DNA from: a virus
Taxonomy: Duplodnaviria; Caudoviricetes
DNA: 45,583 nt
IMG/VR virus record: IMGVR_UViG_3300032373_000026
Span: 1 to 45,583 of that record
Reading direction: 5' to 3' (one strand)
Shown here: in pieces, positions 10,088 to 17,850 of the stretch
Layout of the letters: every line of letters begins with the position of its first letter
Numbering within the stretch: the stretch's first letter is position 1
Translations under genes and position numbers: made by a program
The notes under the pieces: generated by a model
Database searches by the model: none
What the model saw: only the letters and a program-made list of their open reading frames with translations
Told to the model about the DNA's origin: nothing

Positions 10088-10693
10088 ATGCGGGCTTTTC
10101 TACTGGCCTTCGCGGCCGTGCTGGCTGGATGCGCGACAACCAGCGGCCCTCAAGAGACATGGCAGGCTCTGCGCGCTTCCGACCCGATCACCGGATCGGA
10201 GCGATGCACCGTCACCGCACCGGATCGCGCGTTCGGTCGAGGCTATACCCGCGCGGGCTTCATCTACCCGTTTGTGGAAATGAACAGCGAAGTCGGGCTG
10301 CTTGTTGGCGTGATGAGCGGCGGAAACTATCGCGTCCCGCCTGGTGACGTGCAGTGGCGGGTGGATAGCAATGATCACCGAACACTGAGAGCAAACAGAA
10401 CCCCGGTCATTGGTGAGCGCTCCGGCGTCATGTTCAATGAGGGCCTTATGTCATCTGTCCGCAACGGCATCACCGCTGTGGACGGCGAGGAGGCTGAGGA
10501 AATGCTCGCCGAAATGCTGACCGGAACCGGTCTGCTCTATCGGGCGGCGGCGACGGCGAACATGGCAGGCTTGGCAACCTCTCGGTCGGCCTCAGTGGGC
10601 CGCATGACCAGCGAGGGTCTTGAACCCTACCCGCTCGACGCCAGCTTTCGGGCCGCACTAGCCGAATGCGGCATCGCCGCACCTAACCCTTAG
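10088..10693 (+). CDS. Putative lipoprotein (moron)
   Basis: Signal peptide with LAGC lipobox (MRAFLLAFAAVLAGC); candidate promoter TTGCCC-17-TAGCCT upstream. Confidence 0.85.
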   Translation: MRAFLLAFAAVLAGCATTSGPQETWQALRASDPITGSERCTVTAPDRAFGRGYTRAGFIYPFVEMNSEVGLLVGVMSGGNYRVPPGDVQWRVDSNDHRTLRANRTPVIGERSGVMFNEGLMSSVRNGITAVDGEEAEEMLAEMLTGTGLLYRAAATANMAGLATSRSASVGRMTSEGLEPYPLDASFRAALAECGIAAPNP

Positions 10694-11054
10694 AGTGCCG
10701 CTCCATATCGGCCTTTATCTCCGCTTGAACCGCGCTCATCCAAGCGCTTTCCATTGCGTCCAGGGCGTCGTGCTCCCACGGCGCGAGTTCGAGCCCCATG
10801 CGTGACAGTGCGGCCGCGTAGTCCGAATGTGAGATCGGCGACGGGCCTTGTGATCCACGCTGCCGACGAAGGCCGATCCGGTAGAACAGGCCTCTCAGGT
10901 ATCCGGTGTTTTCCGGCCATTCCGGGTCCGGCGACGCTTGGCCGAACCGTGCGTTTCTCTCACGGCGGGTTTCGCCTTTTCGATCTGGCGTACCGTACCT
11001 TACTTCGACGCTGACCGCTTCCGCGAGGGCTTCTACGACGCCTTGGTAAAATTT
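10683..11054 (-). CDS. Tail assembly chaperone, frameshifted C-terminal (GT-like) part; not in the ORF track
   Basis: The -1 frame from AAATTTT (11054-11048) reads F-YQGVVEALAEAV...GPSPISHSDYAAALSRMGLELAPWEHDALDAMESAW...HSKG* with no start codon near its 5' end. Confidence 0.85.
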   Translation of the reverse strand, partial: KFYQGVVEALAEAVSVEVRYGTPDRKGETRRERNARFGQASPDPEWPENTGYLRGLFYRIGLRRQRGSQGPSPISHSDYAAALSRMGLELAPWEHDALDAMESAWMSAVQAEIKADMERHSKG

Positions 11055-11467
11055 GCGATTTTCGCAGCCGCTACGTTCGCGGCTTCCACCGCCTCTGGCA
11101 GGGCATCGAAGAGCTTGCGGGCGTTCTCAGGGGAGAAGTCCCAGACTTCACCGCCATAGGTGAATTGCTCGCCGGTCTCATCCTTGCCCCACTCCCAGTC
11201 GACGGAAACGCCGATGGCTTGTTCGAGCGTGTTCTCGCTGATCGACTGGCCGACCGATTCATAGATCGTGTCCATGTCGGCGCCCTTGTTCTTCATCCCC
11301 TGGACGATGCTCTTGCCGGATAGGCGGTGAGCAAGCCGCTTCATGTCGGGGTGGTCGGCGCTGCGAACTTTGATTTTCAGGCCAGACTTGATGCCGCGAA
11401 TGATGACGTCATCGGTCCAGACAGTGGCTTCCGGGTCAATCTCAGGCTGAAGAGTTGCGATATCCAT
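11033..11467 (-). CDS. Tail assembly chaperone (G-like)
   Basis: Between major tail and TMP genes; 'I.VRSAD', 'DWEW', 'FSPENARKL'; slippery heptamer near its end. Confidence 0.85.
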   Translation of the reverse strand: MDIATLQPEIDPEATVWTDDVIIRGIKSGLKIKVRSADHPDMKRLAHRLSGKSIVQGMKNKGADMDTIYESVGQSISENTLEQAIGVSVDWEWGKDETGEQFTYGGEVWDFSPENARKLFDALPEAVEAANVAAAKIANFTKAS

Positions 11468-11493
11468 TGAATAGCTCGCTTATTGATTTTGGG

Positions 11494-11522
11494 AAAAAGC
11501 GGCCCCGACCGAAGCCGGGGCC
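11494..11522 (-). terminator. Intrinsic terminator after the major tail gene
   Basis: GGCCCCGGC-TTCG-GTCGGGGCC then GCTTTTTCC. Confidence 0.75.
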
Positions 11523-11538
11523 AGTTGGCCAGTGAGGA

Positions 11539-12024
11539 TTAGGTGGTAATCTCAGCCGGGAGGACGCGGGCGTAATCTTCAAAGCCGAGCTGGTATTCCT
11601 CCATCTTGAAGTCTTCATCACTGCCCGCCTCCGGGTAGTGCGGGCCGGACATCTTCGCGAGCAGATAGTCCGTGGTCGCGGACATATCGCCGGGGGCGCT
11701 GCCAGTCTCGTCATTGTGGTCAACGCGGATCACATAGTAGAGATCCTTGTTGGCCGCGCGCAGGGCGATTTGGCCCGGATCTGTGTCCTCATGCGGGACT
11801 TGCATCGGGCCGGAGCCGTAGTCGATATTGCCGAAGCCATAGAGCTTCTTGTCGTGGCCGTCATAGGTCGCGAGAGCGCGGTTCTTGCCGTAGGGCGGGA
11901 ACTGACCAACGGTCGGGCCAATCGCGGTGAAGGTAAGGGCTTCAGCCGCCGCCTGGTCGAAACTGGCCGGTGCAATCGTGGTGGTGGAGAGGGCATAGGT
12001 TTTGCCCGCGTGAGTGCCTGCCAT
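11539..12024 (-). CDS. Major tail (tube) protein
   Basis: 161 aa; 'D.G.M.V...D.DPGQIALRAA' pattern; synteny after the tail terminator. Confidence 0.8.
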   Translation of the reverse strand: MAGTHAGKTYALSTTTIAPASFDQAAAEALTFTAIGPTVGQFPPYGKNRALATYDGHDKKLYGFGNIDYGSGPMQVPHEDTDPGQIALRAANKDLYYVIRVDHNDETGSAPGDMSATTDYLLAKMSGPHYPEAGSDEDFKMEEYQLGFEDYARVLPAEITT

Positions 12025-12046
12025 TGGTCAGGGCTCCTTCTTCATG

Positions 12047-12067
12047 AAAAAAGCCCCACACGGGGGC
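12047..12067 (-). terminator. Intrinsic terminator upstream of the major tail gene
   Basis: GCCCC-CGTGT-GGGGC followed by TTTTTT on minus strand. Confidence 0.65.
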
Positions 12068-12118
12068 ATTCAGCGGCCTATCGGGGCCGCGCCGGTATCC
12101 GCGGTTGCGGAGTTCGGA

Positions 12119-12562
12119 TCAGGCCAGCGCCTGATATCTGATGATGACCGGGATGCGCAGCTCGCCATCGGCCTCAAGGGCCGACCCGGCGCCGGTATCC
12201 CCAGACACCTTCACGGTCACGTCATCCTCGGTGAGCTTAAGCGCCTTGGGGAAGTGCGCGGCGACCTGAGAGGCCAGAATGCCAGCGTAATAGGCCGCCC
12301 ATTTGCCGCGATGGATGCAGCACGAGGCTTGCAGGTATCCGCGATAGTTCGAGACCGCCCCGGTAAAGCCCACCCGGCTCGGCTCGGATGGGAACCAGCG
12401 CGGCTCAATCCAAAGCCCGGTGCCGTCATGGACGCTTTTCGGGGTCGGTTTCGTGAATGTCTCGCCGCCATATTCGGCGATCTGAACAGTGCCGATCGGT
12501 GATGTCGGCGAGAAGGTTTCCAGGCGCTTCAAGAGCGCCAGCATGATCTTGTCATCACTCAT
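12119..12562 (-). CDS. Tail terminator/completion protein (DUF4128-like)
   Basis: 'YRGYLQ', 'A..VAAHFP....L', 'IPV.IRY'; synteny. Confidence 0.75.
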   Translation of the reverse strand: MSDDKIMLALLKRLETFSPTSPIGTVQIAEYGGETFTKPTPKSVHDGTGLWIEPRWFPSEPSRVGFTGAVSNYRGYLQASCCIHRGKWAAYYAGILASQVAAHFPKALKLTEDDVTVKVSGDTGAGSALEADGELRIPVIIRYQALA

Positions 12563-12996
12563 GGAATCCTCGCCCTCACCTCGCGCACGGCGTCATCATT
12601 GATTTGCTGCCACTGGTCGGCGGCGCCCTTCATGAAGCCGTAGAGCTCTTCCATCTTGCGGGCATATTTGGCGGTCCATCCCAGATAGAGCGCCGTTCCC
12701 GGCTCCCATCCAGCAATGACCAGCGTGATGCTCGATTGATCCCAGTCGAGAACGGATCCGCTCGGTTCTGATGGCCCGGTCGGCATACCCCCAAGCGCTC
12801 CGGTAAAGCTGGACCGAAGGAAGCTTTGATCTATCGGCATCCGGCCACCTTTGCCGCCGCCGGGGTTTTTCTTGCTCGGCCCTTGCAATTGCGCGGCCTC
12901 TGCCAACCGCTGCACAGAGGTTTGAATGACCGCCCGCTGCCGTGCTTTGCACTTCGCGATAAAGGCCGGGAACGTCTTCGCCGTGTATCGGGTCAT
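12559..12996 (-). CDS. HK97 gp10-like neck/tail-completion protein
   Basis: 'GGRMPIDQSFLRSS', 'WTAKYARKME', 'AA.QW..I'; ATG at 12996 coupled to the upstream stop. Confidence 0.75.
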   Translation of the reverse strand: MTRYTAKTFPAFIAKCKARQRAVIQTSVQRLAEAAQLQGPSKKNPGGGKGGRMPIDQSFLRSSFTGALGGMPTGPSEPSGSVLDWDQSSITLVIAGWEPGTALYLGWTAKYARKMEELYGFMKGAADQWQQINDDAVREVRARIP

Positions 12997-14042
12997 GCGG
13001 CCAGTGCGCGGCTGGATGCGTTCGCGATCCAGTCCACCCGGAATATCTCGATGCAGCGGCATCGAATGGTTTCCTTGGCCGGCGCACCCATGCTGCCATC
13101 CCCAGGATAGCGCATGCGATAGCCACCAACCACGAAAGTTGTGTCCCGTCCCGTCACCTTCTGTCCGTCTGCGGCCGCGTGCGTGTGGCGCGTTCGGCTG
13201 TCCGCCGATGCATCCCATTCGCGCTCGACATCATTCTCGCTCAGGCCCGCTTGTTCGGCGCCCTGGACGAAGGAAACATGCTGACCGGCCCGAACTGCGT
13301 TGAGGGTTTCGGTCGCGCTGATGGTTTCGCCGCGCTGGCGCAGCATCCGGTTGGAGTATTGGCGCAGCGCCGCCTCACGGGCAGCGGCTGGGGCCGACTG
13401 CCCTGCATCCATTGCGCGCCGGATCGTGCCGTCAAAGCGGCGGTCACGCAGCGTCAAATCGAAATAGGCCCGGTCTCCGGTTTCCAGATAGCGCCGCGCA
13501 TTGCGCAGGTATTGGCTTTGCGGGTCGGACAGGCCGATGATCCCGCCTTCGCGAACCCCGGTCGCCCGATTGATCGTCCCGACCAGGCGCAGCGCCGTGG
13601 TGCGCGGGGCATCACCCGAGCCCAGAGCCTCACTCAAGAGCGCCTGAATGGATCGCCGCTGATCCGCGACCATCTGCGTCACCAATCCCGCCGCCTCATA
13701 GCGCAGGAAGGCTTCGGCCATCCGGTGACGCATATCGAAGCGGAACTGCACCGCCAAACCGTCCGGCCCCCGGACATTCTTCGGAAACAGACTGGTGAAG
13801 GCCCGGCCCGCGTTTTCAAACACACGGGCAATCTCAATTTCCAGATCCCGGTAAACCGCGTCGGACAGGCCGATAGCCGACATGACGCCGGACAAATCGC
13901 CCGCGCTGACCATCCGCGTCACGTCACCGACATTGATCTGACGACGCCAGTCCCGAACGCTTCGCTCGAAAGCCAAGCGAATAGCCGGGCCGTATGCTCG
14001 CTCAAGGCGGTTCAGGAGGCGGTTTTGAGCGCGCGGGGACAT
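12993..14042 (-). CDS. Head morphogenesis/minor head protein (Mu gpF / SPP1 gp7 family)
   Basis: 'R.ETI..TET', 'W.ASADSRTRHTH...DG', 'YPGD...GAP..E.IRCRC'. Confidence 0.88.
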   Translation of the reverse strand: MSPRAQNRLLNRLERAYGPAIRLAFERSVRDWRRQINVGDVTRMVSAGDLSGVMSAIGLSDAVYRDLEIEIARVFENAGRAFTSLFPKNVRGPDGLAVQFRFDMRHRMAEAFLRYEAAGLVTQMVADQRRSIQALLSEALGSGDAPRTTALRLVGTINRATGVREGGIIGLSDPQSQYLRNARRYLETGDRAYFDLTLRDRRFDGTIRRAMDAGQSAPAAAREAALRQYSNRMLRQRGETISATETLNAVRAGQHVSFVQGAEQAGLSENDVEREWDASADSRTRHTHAAADGQKVTGRDTTFVVGGYRMRYPGDGSMGAPAKETIRCRCIEIFRVDWIANASSRALAA

Positions 14043-14047
14043 TGGCC

Positions 14048-14353
14048 CTATTCGGCCTCGTCTTCGCTCTCAGGCGCGGCCTGTGCAGCCGCAGCGGCAT
14101 CAATGCGCGCCGAAAGCGTGGCCTCGCCGATATTGGAGGCGTAGGTGACGCCCAATTCATCCGCCTTGGCCTTCAAAGCGTCGAGCTGGCCGCCGGAAAA
14201 CTCCCAGCCTTCCAGTTCCAGCGCCGCACGGGTCTTGGCGGACAGCTTGAGCCCGATCAGGTCCCGGCTTTCGCCCGGTCCGATAGCAGCCAAACCGCCG
14301 TCATGACGAAAGGCCCGGCGCTTGTCGGAGTGATTGGTGATCGTGGTTTTCAT
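14048..14353 (-). CDS. Small virion-cluster protein with HeH-like C-terminus
   Basis: 'LKAKADELGV.Y..NIG..TL.ARI' helix-extension-helix pattern. Confidence 0.6.
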   Translation of the reverse strand: MKTTITNHSDKRRAFRHDGGLAAIGPGESRDLIGLKLSAKTRAALELEGWEFSGGQLDALKAKADELGVTYASNIGEATLSARIDAAAAAQAAPESEDEAE

Positions 14354-14356
14354 GGC

Positions 14357-14740
14357 TCATGCCCTCACGGTTGCGTCGAACATCACGGGGAGCCCGCTCG
14401 GCCCGGACGGCTGGATCACATTGACGTTCGCGATCTGGTAGTTGGCGGCCTCGCTGCCGACATAAAAGCGCAGGACCGTGTCGGTGGTCGGAATGGCCAC
14501 CCCATCCGGTGCGGTGACCAGTGCGCGGCGGTCGCCAGCCTGGATCGAGGTTCCCGCCTTTTCGCGCTCGGTATAGTCCACGATGACCGCCTGCACTGCG
14601 GTTTCCGTCTCGGTTGGTGTTCCCGGCGCATAGGGTCCGCCGCCACTGGTGGTCGTCGTGACCAGAAGGGCCGCGCCGCCGAACTTCGTGATCAGCCGGG
14701 TCGCCGTTGCTGCGGAGAGGGAATAATCCTTCGTGGCCAT
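14357..14740 (-). CDS. Head closure/head-tail adaptor
   Basis: 'A.RLI.KFG', 'GT.IQAGD', synteny. Confidence 0.75.
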   Translation of the reverse strand: MATKDYSLSAATATRLITKFGGAALLVTTTTSGGGPYAPGTPTETETAVQAVIVDYTEREKAGTSIQAGDRRALVTAPDGVAIPTTDTVLRFYVGSEAANYQIANVNVIQPSGPSGLPVMFDATVRA

Positions 14741-15252
14741 CACATGCGCTTCAAGCTGGTGGTGTTGGACTTGGCCCCGATCAGCGGGGCAAGAATGCCA
14801 TCCACAATCGTCAGGACCGGCATCTGTGCGGTATCACTGCCCCCGGCGTCAAAATAGGTGGTCTCCTCGGAGAGCGGGCCGACCGTTTCGCTGGTGCTCT
14901 TGACCCGCGTTCCCGGCGTGAATTGCGGGGCGAGACTTCCCGGCGTGGTCAGCTCGGCACGGGCCAGCTCATAGGCAGCGCGGACAACCTCATCAGGGAC
15001 GGCAGAGGTCAGGATTGTTTGCCCGAAAGCATCCGTCACCTTGTCGCCATTCGACATCTTGCGAGGCCATGCGCGGGTCTGGTCACGACCATCGGTGCGC
15101 ACGCCGGGGAATTGGTGCTCATAGCGAGCGTCTTCCGCCTCGCTTCCACGCAGGAGCGCGGTCGTCAGGTCGTCATCATCCGCCGCCGCAATATCGGTCT
15201 GCCCGCGATCGCTGGCGTAGGTCTTCCATGCGGCAATCGTGCTATAGGTCAT
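14740..15252 (-). CDS. Head-tail connector (DnaT-like domain adaptor)
   Basis: 'Y.T......Y', 'G.R....Q..AWPR', 'VP..V..A.YELA', 'VGPL...Y'. Confidence 0.8.
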   Translation of the reverse strand: MTYSTIAAWKTYASDRGQTDIAAADDDDLTTALLRGSEAEDARYEHQFPGVRTDGRDQTRAWPRKMSNGDKVTDAFGQTILTSAVPDEVVRAAYELARAELTTPGSLAPQFTPGTRVKSTSETVGPLSEETTYFDAGGSDTAQMPVLTIVDGILAPLIGAKSNTTSLKRM

Positions 15253-15677
15253 CGCTCGCCCCCGATCTCAACGGTCACGATTTCGCCGCCCGTCTCGCTG
15301 TCCCAGTCCGACGCGATGCGAACGGCCTCTTCAGCCGTCGCGCCCGCTGCCATCGCGCCAATGGCGATCTCCCGGCCCGAACCGATTGCATAGAAGGGTG
15401 CTTCAAAAGAAAGCGAGCCGGCCGGGTCGTACTCGATGAATGACCCGTCACGCCGAAACCAGATGAGATTGCTTTCCTTCAGCTCCGGTCGCGCGTCCTC
15501 GTCTGCCCCGGCCACGATCCAATCTTTGAACCGAAGCACCTCGCCAAATGAGCCAGACCCTGCGATTGCGCCGCCGTCATGCTCGAACACCTTGCGGGCC
15601 GTCCCGCTGCGCACGCCATTGCACCCGACATGCGAGTCCGCGGCCATGACGCCATCTCGATAAGCAATCGTGGTCAT
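15249..15677 (-). CDS. HslV/proteasome-beta-like Ntn hydrolase
   Basis: N-terminus MTTIAY..GVMAADS, 'RKVF', 'AGSGS', 'AIGSG...A.GAM..G..AEEAV..A...D..TGG'. Confidence 0.85.
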   Translation of the reverse strand: MTTIAYRDGVMAADSHVGCNGVRSGTARKVFEHDGGAIAGSGSFGEVLRFKDWIVAGADEDARPELKESNLIWFRRDGSFIEYDPAGSLSFEAPFYAIGSGREIAIGAMAAGATAEEAVRIASDWDSETGGEIVTVEIGGER

Positions 15678-15726
15678 GCAACCCTCACCTTGATGCAGCC
15701 GGCCACCGCCGCCCGGTCAAATTCAT

Positions 15727-16356
15727 TCACGCCCAATGCTCGCGCACCCAAGGCGTTTGATCGGCGATCTGATCCGCCTTTTCCTGTCCGTGGAAATAGA
15801 CGATGCGGGCACCCCCTAAGCCGTTCGCCTTCACATGGCCCTTGTAGCTGACCACGTGACCGGGGAAGGCCTCATCAAGAACCGCGCAATTCTGCTTGCG
15901 AAGCCAGACCATATCGGCCTGATCGCCACCGTCTCCGTCGAAGTCGTGCCAGATCCAGTCAAGCCCGGCTGGAACCAAGGCCACGCCATTGCAGGTCCGG
16001 GCGCGGTTGTACGGGTCCAGCGGAAGCGCGATCTTGTCCGCTGTCAGGCAGTAGTCCGCCAAGTGGTCGATATTGCCGGTGATGACCGTGTCGAGGCCCA
16101 CCAGGATCATCGGCTCACCCAGCCGGTAAGGCTCAAGACAGTCAGCATATCCCGGCGTCGGGTTGCTCAAAAGCTCCTGCGAGACCGGAACGCTGTATTC
16201 CCGCACCCGATCCGTGAAGACTACGAAATTGAACGGCACAGTCAGGTTGCGGGCAAAGCCGCGATAGAGCCGCTCGACCCATGATTCATTGTACCGGCTC
16301 GAAAACGACTTGCTGTGTTGGTTCGTCTGCCAGAACGGCACCGCGACGGTGATCAC
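15727..16356 (-). CDS. Putative GT-A fold glycosyltransferase
   Basis: 'Y...WVERL......NLT.PF.FV.FTD', 'GLDTVITGNID', 'DQ...L', 'IVYFHG..K'. Confidence 0.75.
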   Translation of the reverse strand: MITVAVPFWQTNQHSKSFSSRYNESWVERLYRGFARNLTVPFNFVVFTDRVREYSVPVSQELLSNPTPGYADCLEPYRLGEPMILVGLDTVITGNIDHLADYCLTADKIALPLDPYNRARTCNGVALVPAGLDWIWHDFDGDGGDQADMVWLRKQNCAVLDEAFPGHVVSYKGHVKANGLGGARIVYFHGQEKADQIADQTPWVREHWA

Positions 16357-16868
16357 GATGCAAACTTCATGCGCTCAAACGGTCGGGCGCGGGTGCAGGC
16401 CCGACCGTTGACCCATAGAGCGCCCGGCGGAACGTCACGGGTCACGCGCTCACCGGCTGCTATCATGGCCTTTGCCCCGATGCGAACGCCCGGCAAAACC
16501 ACCGCATTCGCTCCGATGCTGGCCCCATCTTCCACGATGACAGCCCAGCGGGTGCCGTCGAACTCTTCCGGCCGATATCCAGTCTTGTCCGTGCGCGGCC
16601 AAGCGTCGTTTGCCAGCGTAACGTTCGGCCCGATGAACACGTCATCCTCGATCAAGAATCCCGGCCCCATCATCACGCCGCCGCTGATCCGGCAACGGTC
16701 GCCAATCACAGGCCCGTGCAGCATCGCGAAGGGCGAAACCGAACAATCCCGGCCAAGCACCGTGCCGCCGGTCACTGACGCGAACTGCCGAATAATCGTT
16801 CCTTCACCGATTGCCACACCGCCCGCGACGTAGGCCTGAGGGTGTATCTCCGCTCTACTCGAAATCAT
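16353..16868 (-). CDS. Hexapeptide-repeat sugar N-/O-acetyltransferase (WxcM/FdtC/WbpD-like)
   Basis: Left-handed beta-helix repeats; 'IEDDVFIGPNVT..ND..PR', 'GASIGANAVVLPGVRIG..AMI.AG..VTRDVP'. Confidence 0.88.
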   Translation of the reverse strand: MISSRAEIHPQAYVAGGVAIGEGTIIRQFASVTGGTVLGRDCSVSPFAMLHGPVIGDRCRISGGVMMGPGFLIEDDVFIGPNVTLANDAWPRTDKTGYRPEEFDGTRWAVIVEDGASIGANAVVLPGVRIGAKAMIAAGERVTRDVPPGALWVNGRACTRARPFERMKFAS

Positions 16869-17485
16869 GCGGCCAACGCCTCGTCGATTGTCATGCGCTC
16901 AAAACCAGTCAGGGCGGTTTCGGAGGTCGCGTTGATGCAGCGGATGCCGTGTTCCTCGAGGTCGCGTGCTGCCCGGTTGAGGATGCCGCGCCATTCGTCG
17001 AAACGGGCTTCACACGGGTTGGTCAGTCGGCAGCCCCGGCTGCTATCGTGGTCACGATGCCAATGCAATTGGCCGCCCGTAGCCTGCATGTCATAGCCCA
17101 GCAGAACAACCGGGCCTGCCCCGAACAGGACTGCGAGATTGAGCGCCTGGAACCCGGTATTGCGGCCATTGTGGATGCAGGCAGGGTCGAAACTGATGCG
17201 GTCGAGCGCCTTGCCGTGCGCCTGCGTGGCACCGAAGCGGGGCGCGATCCGTGATTGCGTCCATTTCTGCCCGGCGAACTCTGGCCGGTAGTGTTCCCAC
17301 CAAGGCCCGTCACTGGCATAGAGCACGTCAGCCCAAGGCGCGCGCTCGTGTGTGTTGTTGGTGACGATGACGCGGCATTGCCCGGCGCTGTGCGCTGCCC
17401 TGACGGCCTTGATTTGGCCATCTGAGAGCGACGGGCCGGACGCCATGATAACGGCCCTCTCGCCATCCCATTGCCGAGGGATCAT
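16865..17485 (-). CDS. Putative Maf/DUF115- or sialyltransferase-like glycosyltransferase
   Basis: 'VIMASGPSL', 'VIVTNN', 'ADVLY..D', 'NTGFQALNLA...GA..VVLLGYD', 'H.H', 'IN.T..TAL..F'. Confidence 0.7.
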   Translation of the reverse strand: MIPRQWDGERAVIMASGPSLSDGQIKAVRAAHSAGQCRVIVTNNTHERAPWADVLYASDGPWWEHYRPEFAGQKWTQSRIAPRFGATQAHGKALDRISFDPACIHNGRNTGFQALNLAVLFGAGPVVLLGYDMQATGGQLHWHRDHDSSRGCRLTNPCEARFDEWRGILNRAARDLEEHGIRCINATSETALTGFERMTIDEALAA

Positions 17486-17781
17486 TCGGCTGACTGAAGG
17501 CCCCTGATGCGCTCGCGAAGCTGGATTTCATCCCAGCCCGCATACGCTTTCTTGCCCCCGTTCAGTTCGAGATAGCGGGCGCGAAGCGCGGCCTTGTCCA
17601 TCCCGTCCAGATCATCGCTCGATCCGCTTTCCGGCTGGACCGGTTCGGTGGGTTGCACCGGCTCTGGTGCGCTTTCCGGCTGGACCGGTTCGCTTCCACC
17701 ATTGGCATAGGCGGTAGCCGCCTGGATCGACATGCCACGCTCAAGAGCGGCCATGTAGCGTGTGCGGACGGGATCAAACAT
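17482..17781 (-). CDS. Small capsid-adjacent protein with (EPVQP) Pro/Ser/Thr linker and HeH-like C-terminus
   Basis: EPVQP repeated three times; 'LDGMDKAALRA.Y....G.K...W....LRERI'. Confidence 0.7.
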   Translation of the reverse strand: MFDPVRTRYMAALERGMSIQAATAYANGGSEPVQPESAPEPVQPTEPVQPESGSSDDLDGMDKAALRARYLELNGGKKAYAGWDEIQLRERIRGLQSAE

Positions 17782-17806
17782 AGGAACTTCCTTGTCAGAG
17801 GGAGGG

Positions 17807-17835
17807 AAAAGAAAGGGCGAGCCGAAACCCGCCCC
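17807..17835 (-). terminator. Intrinsic terminator after the major capsid gene
   Basis: GGGCGGG-TTTCGG-CTCGCCC then TTTCTTTT. Confidence 0.7.
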
Positions 17836-17850
17836 TCCTCATTGGGTCGA

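Noticed and set aside
10690-10920. 76-aa minus-strand ORF in the track
   Set aside because: Wrong frame; the chaperone-like sequence is in the -1 frameshift frame ending at 10683
15727-17485. O-antigen seroconversion or DNA hypermodification as the cassette's role
   Set aside because: Disfavoured rather than excluded: no membrane GtrA/GtrB/Oac-type proteins, no base-hydroxymethylase genes, and the genes sit in the late structural operon
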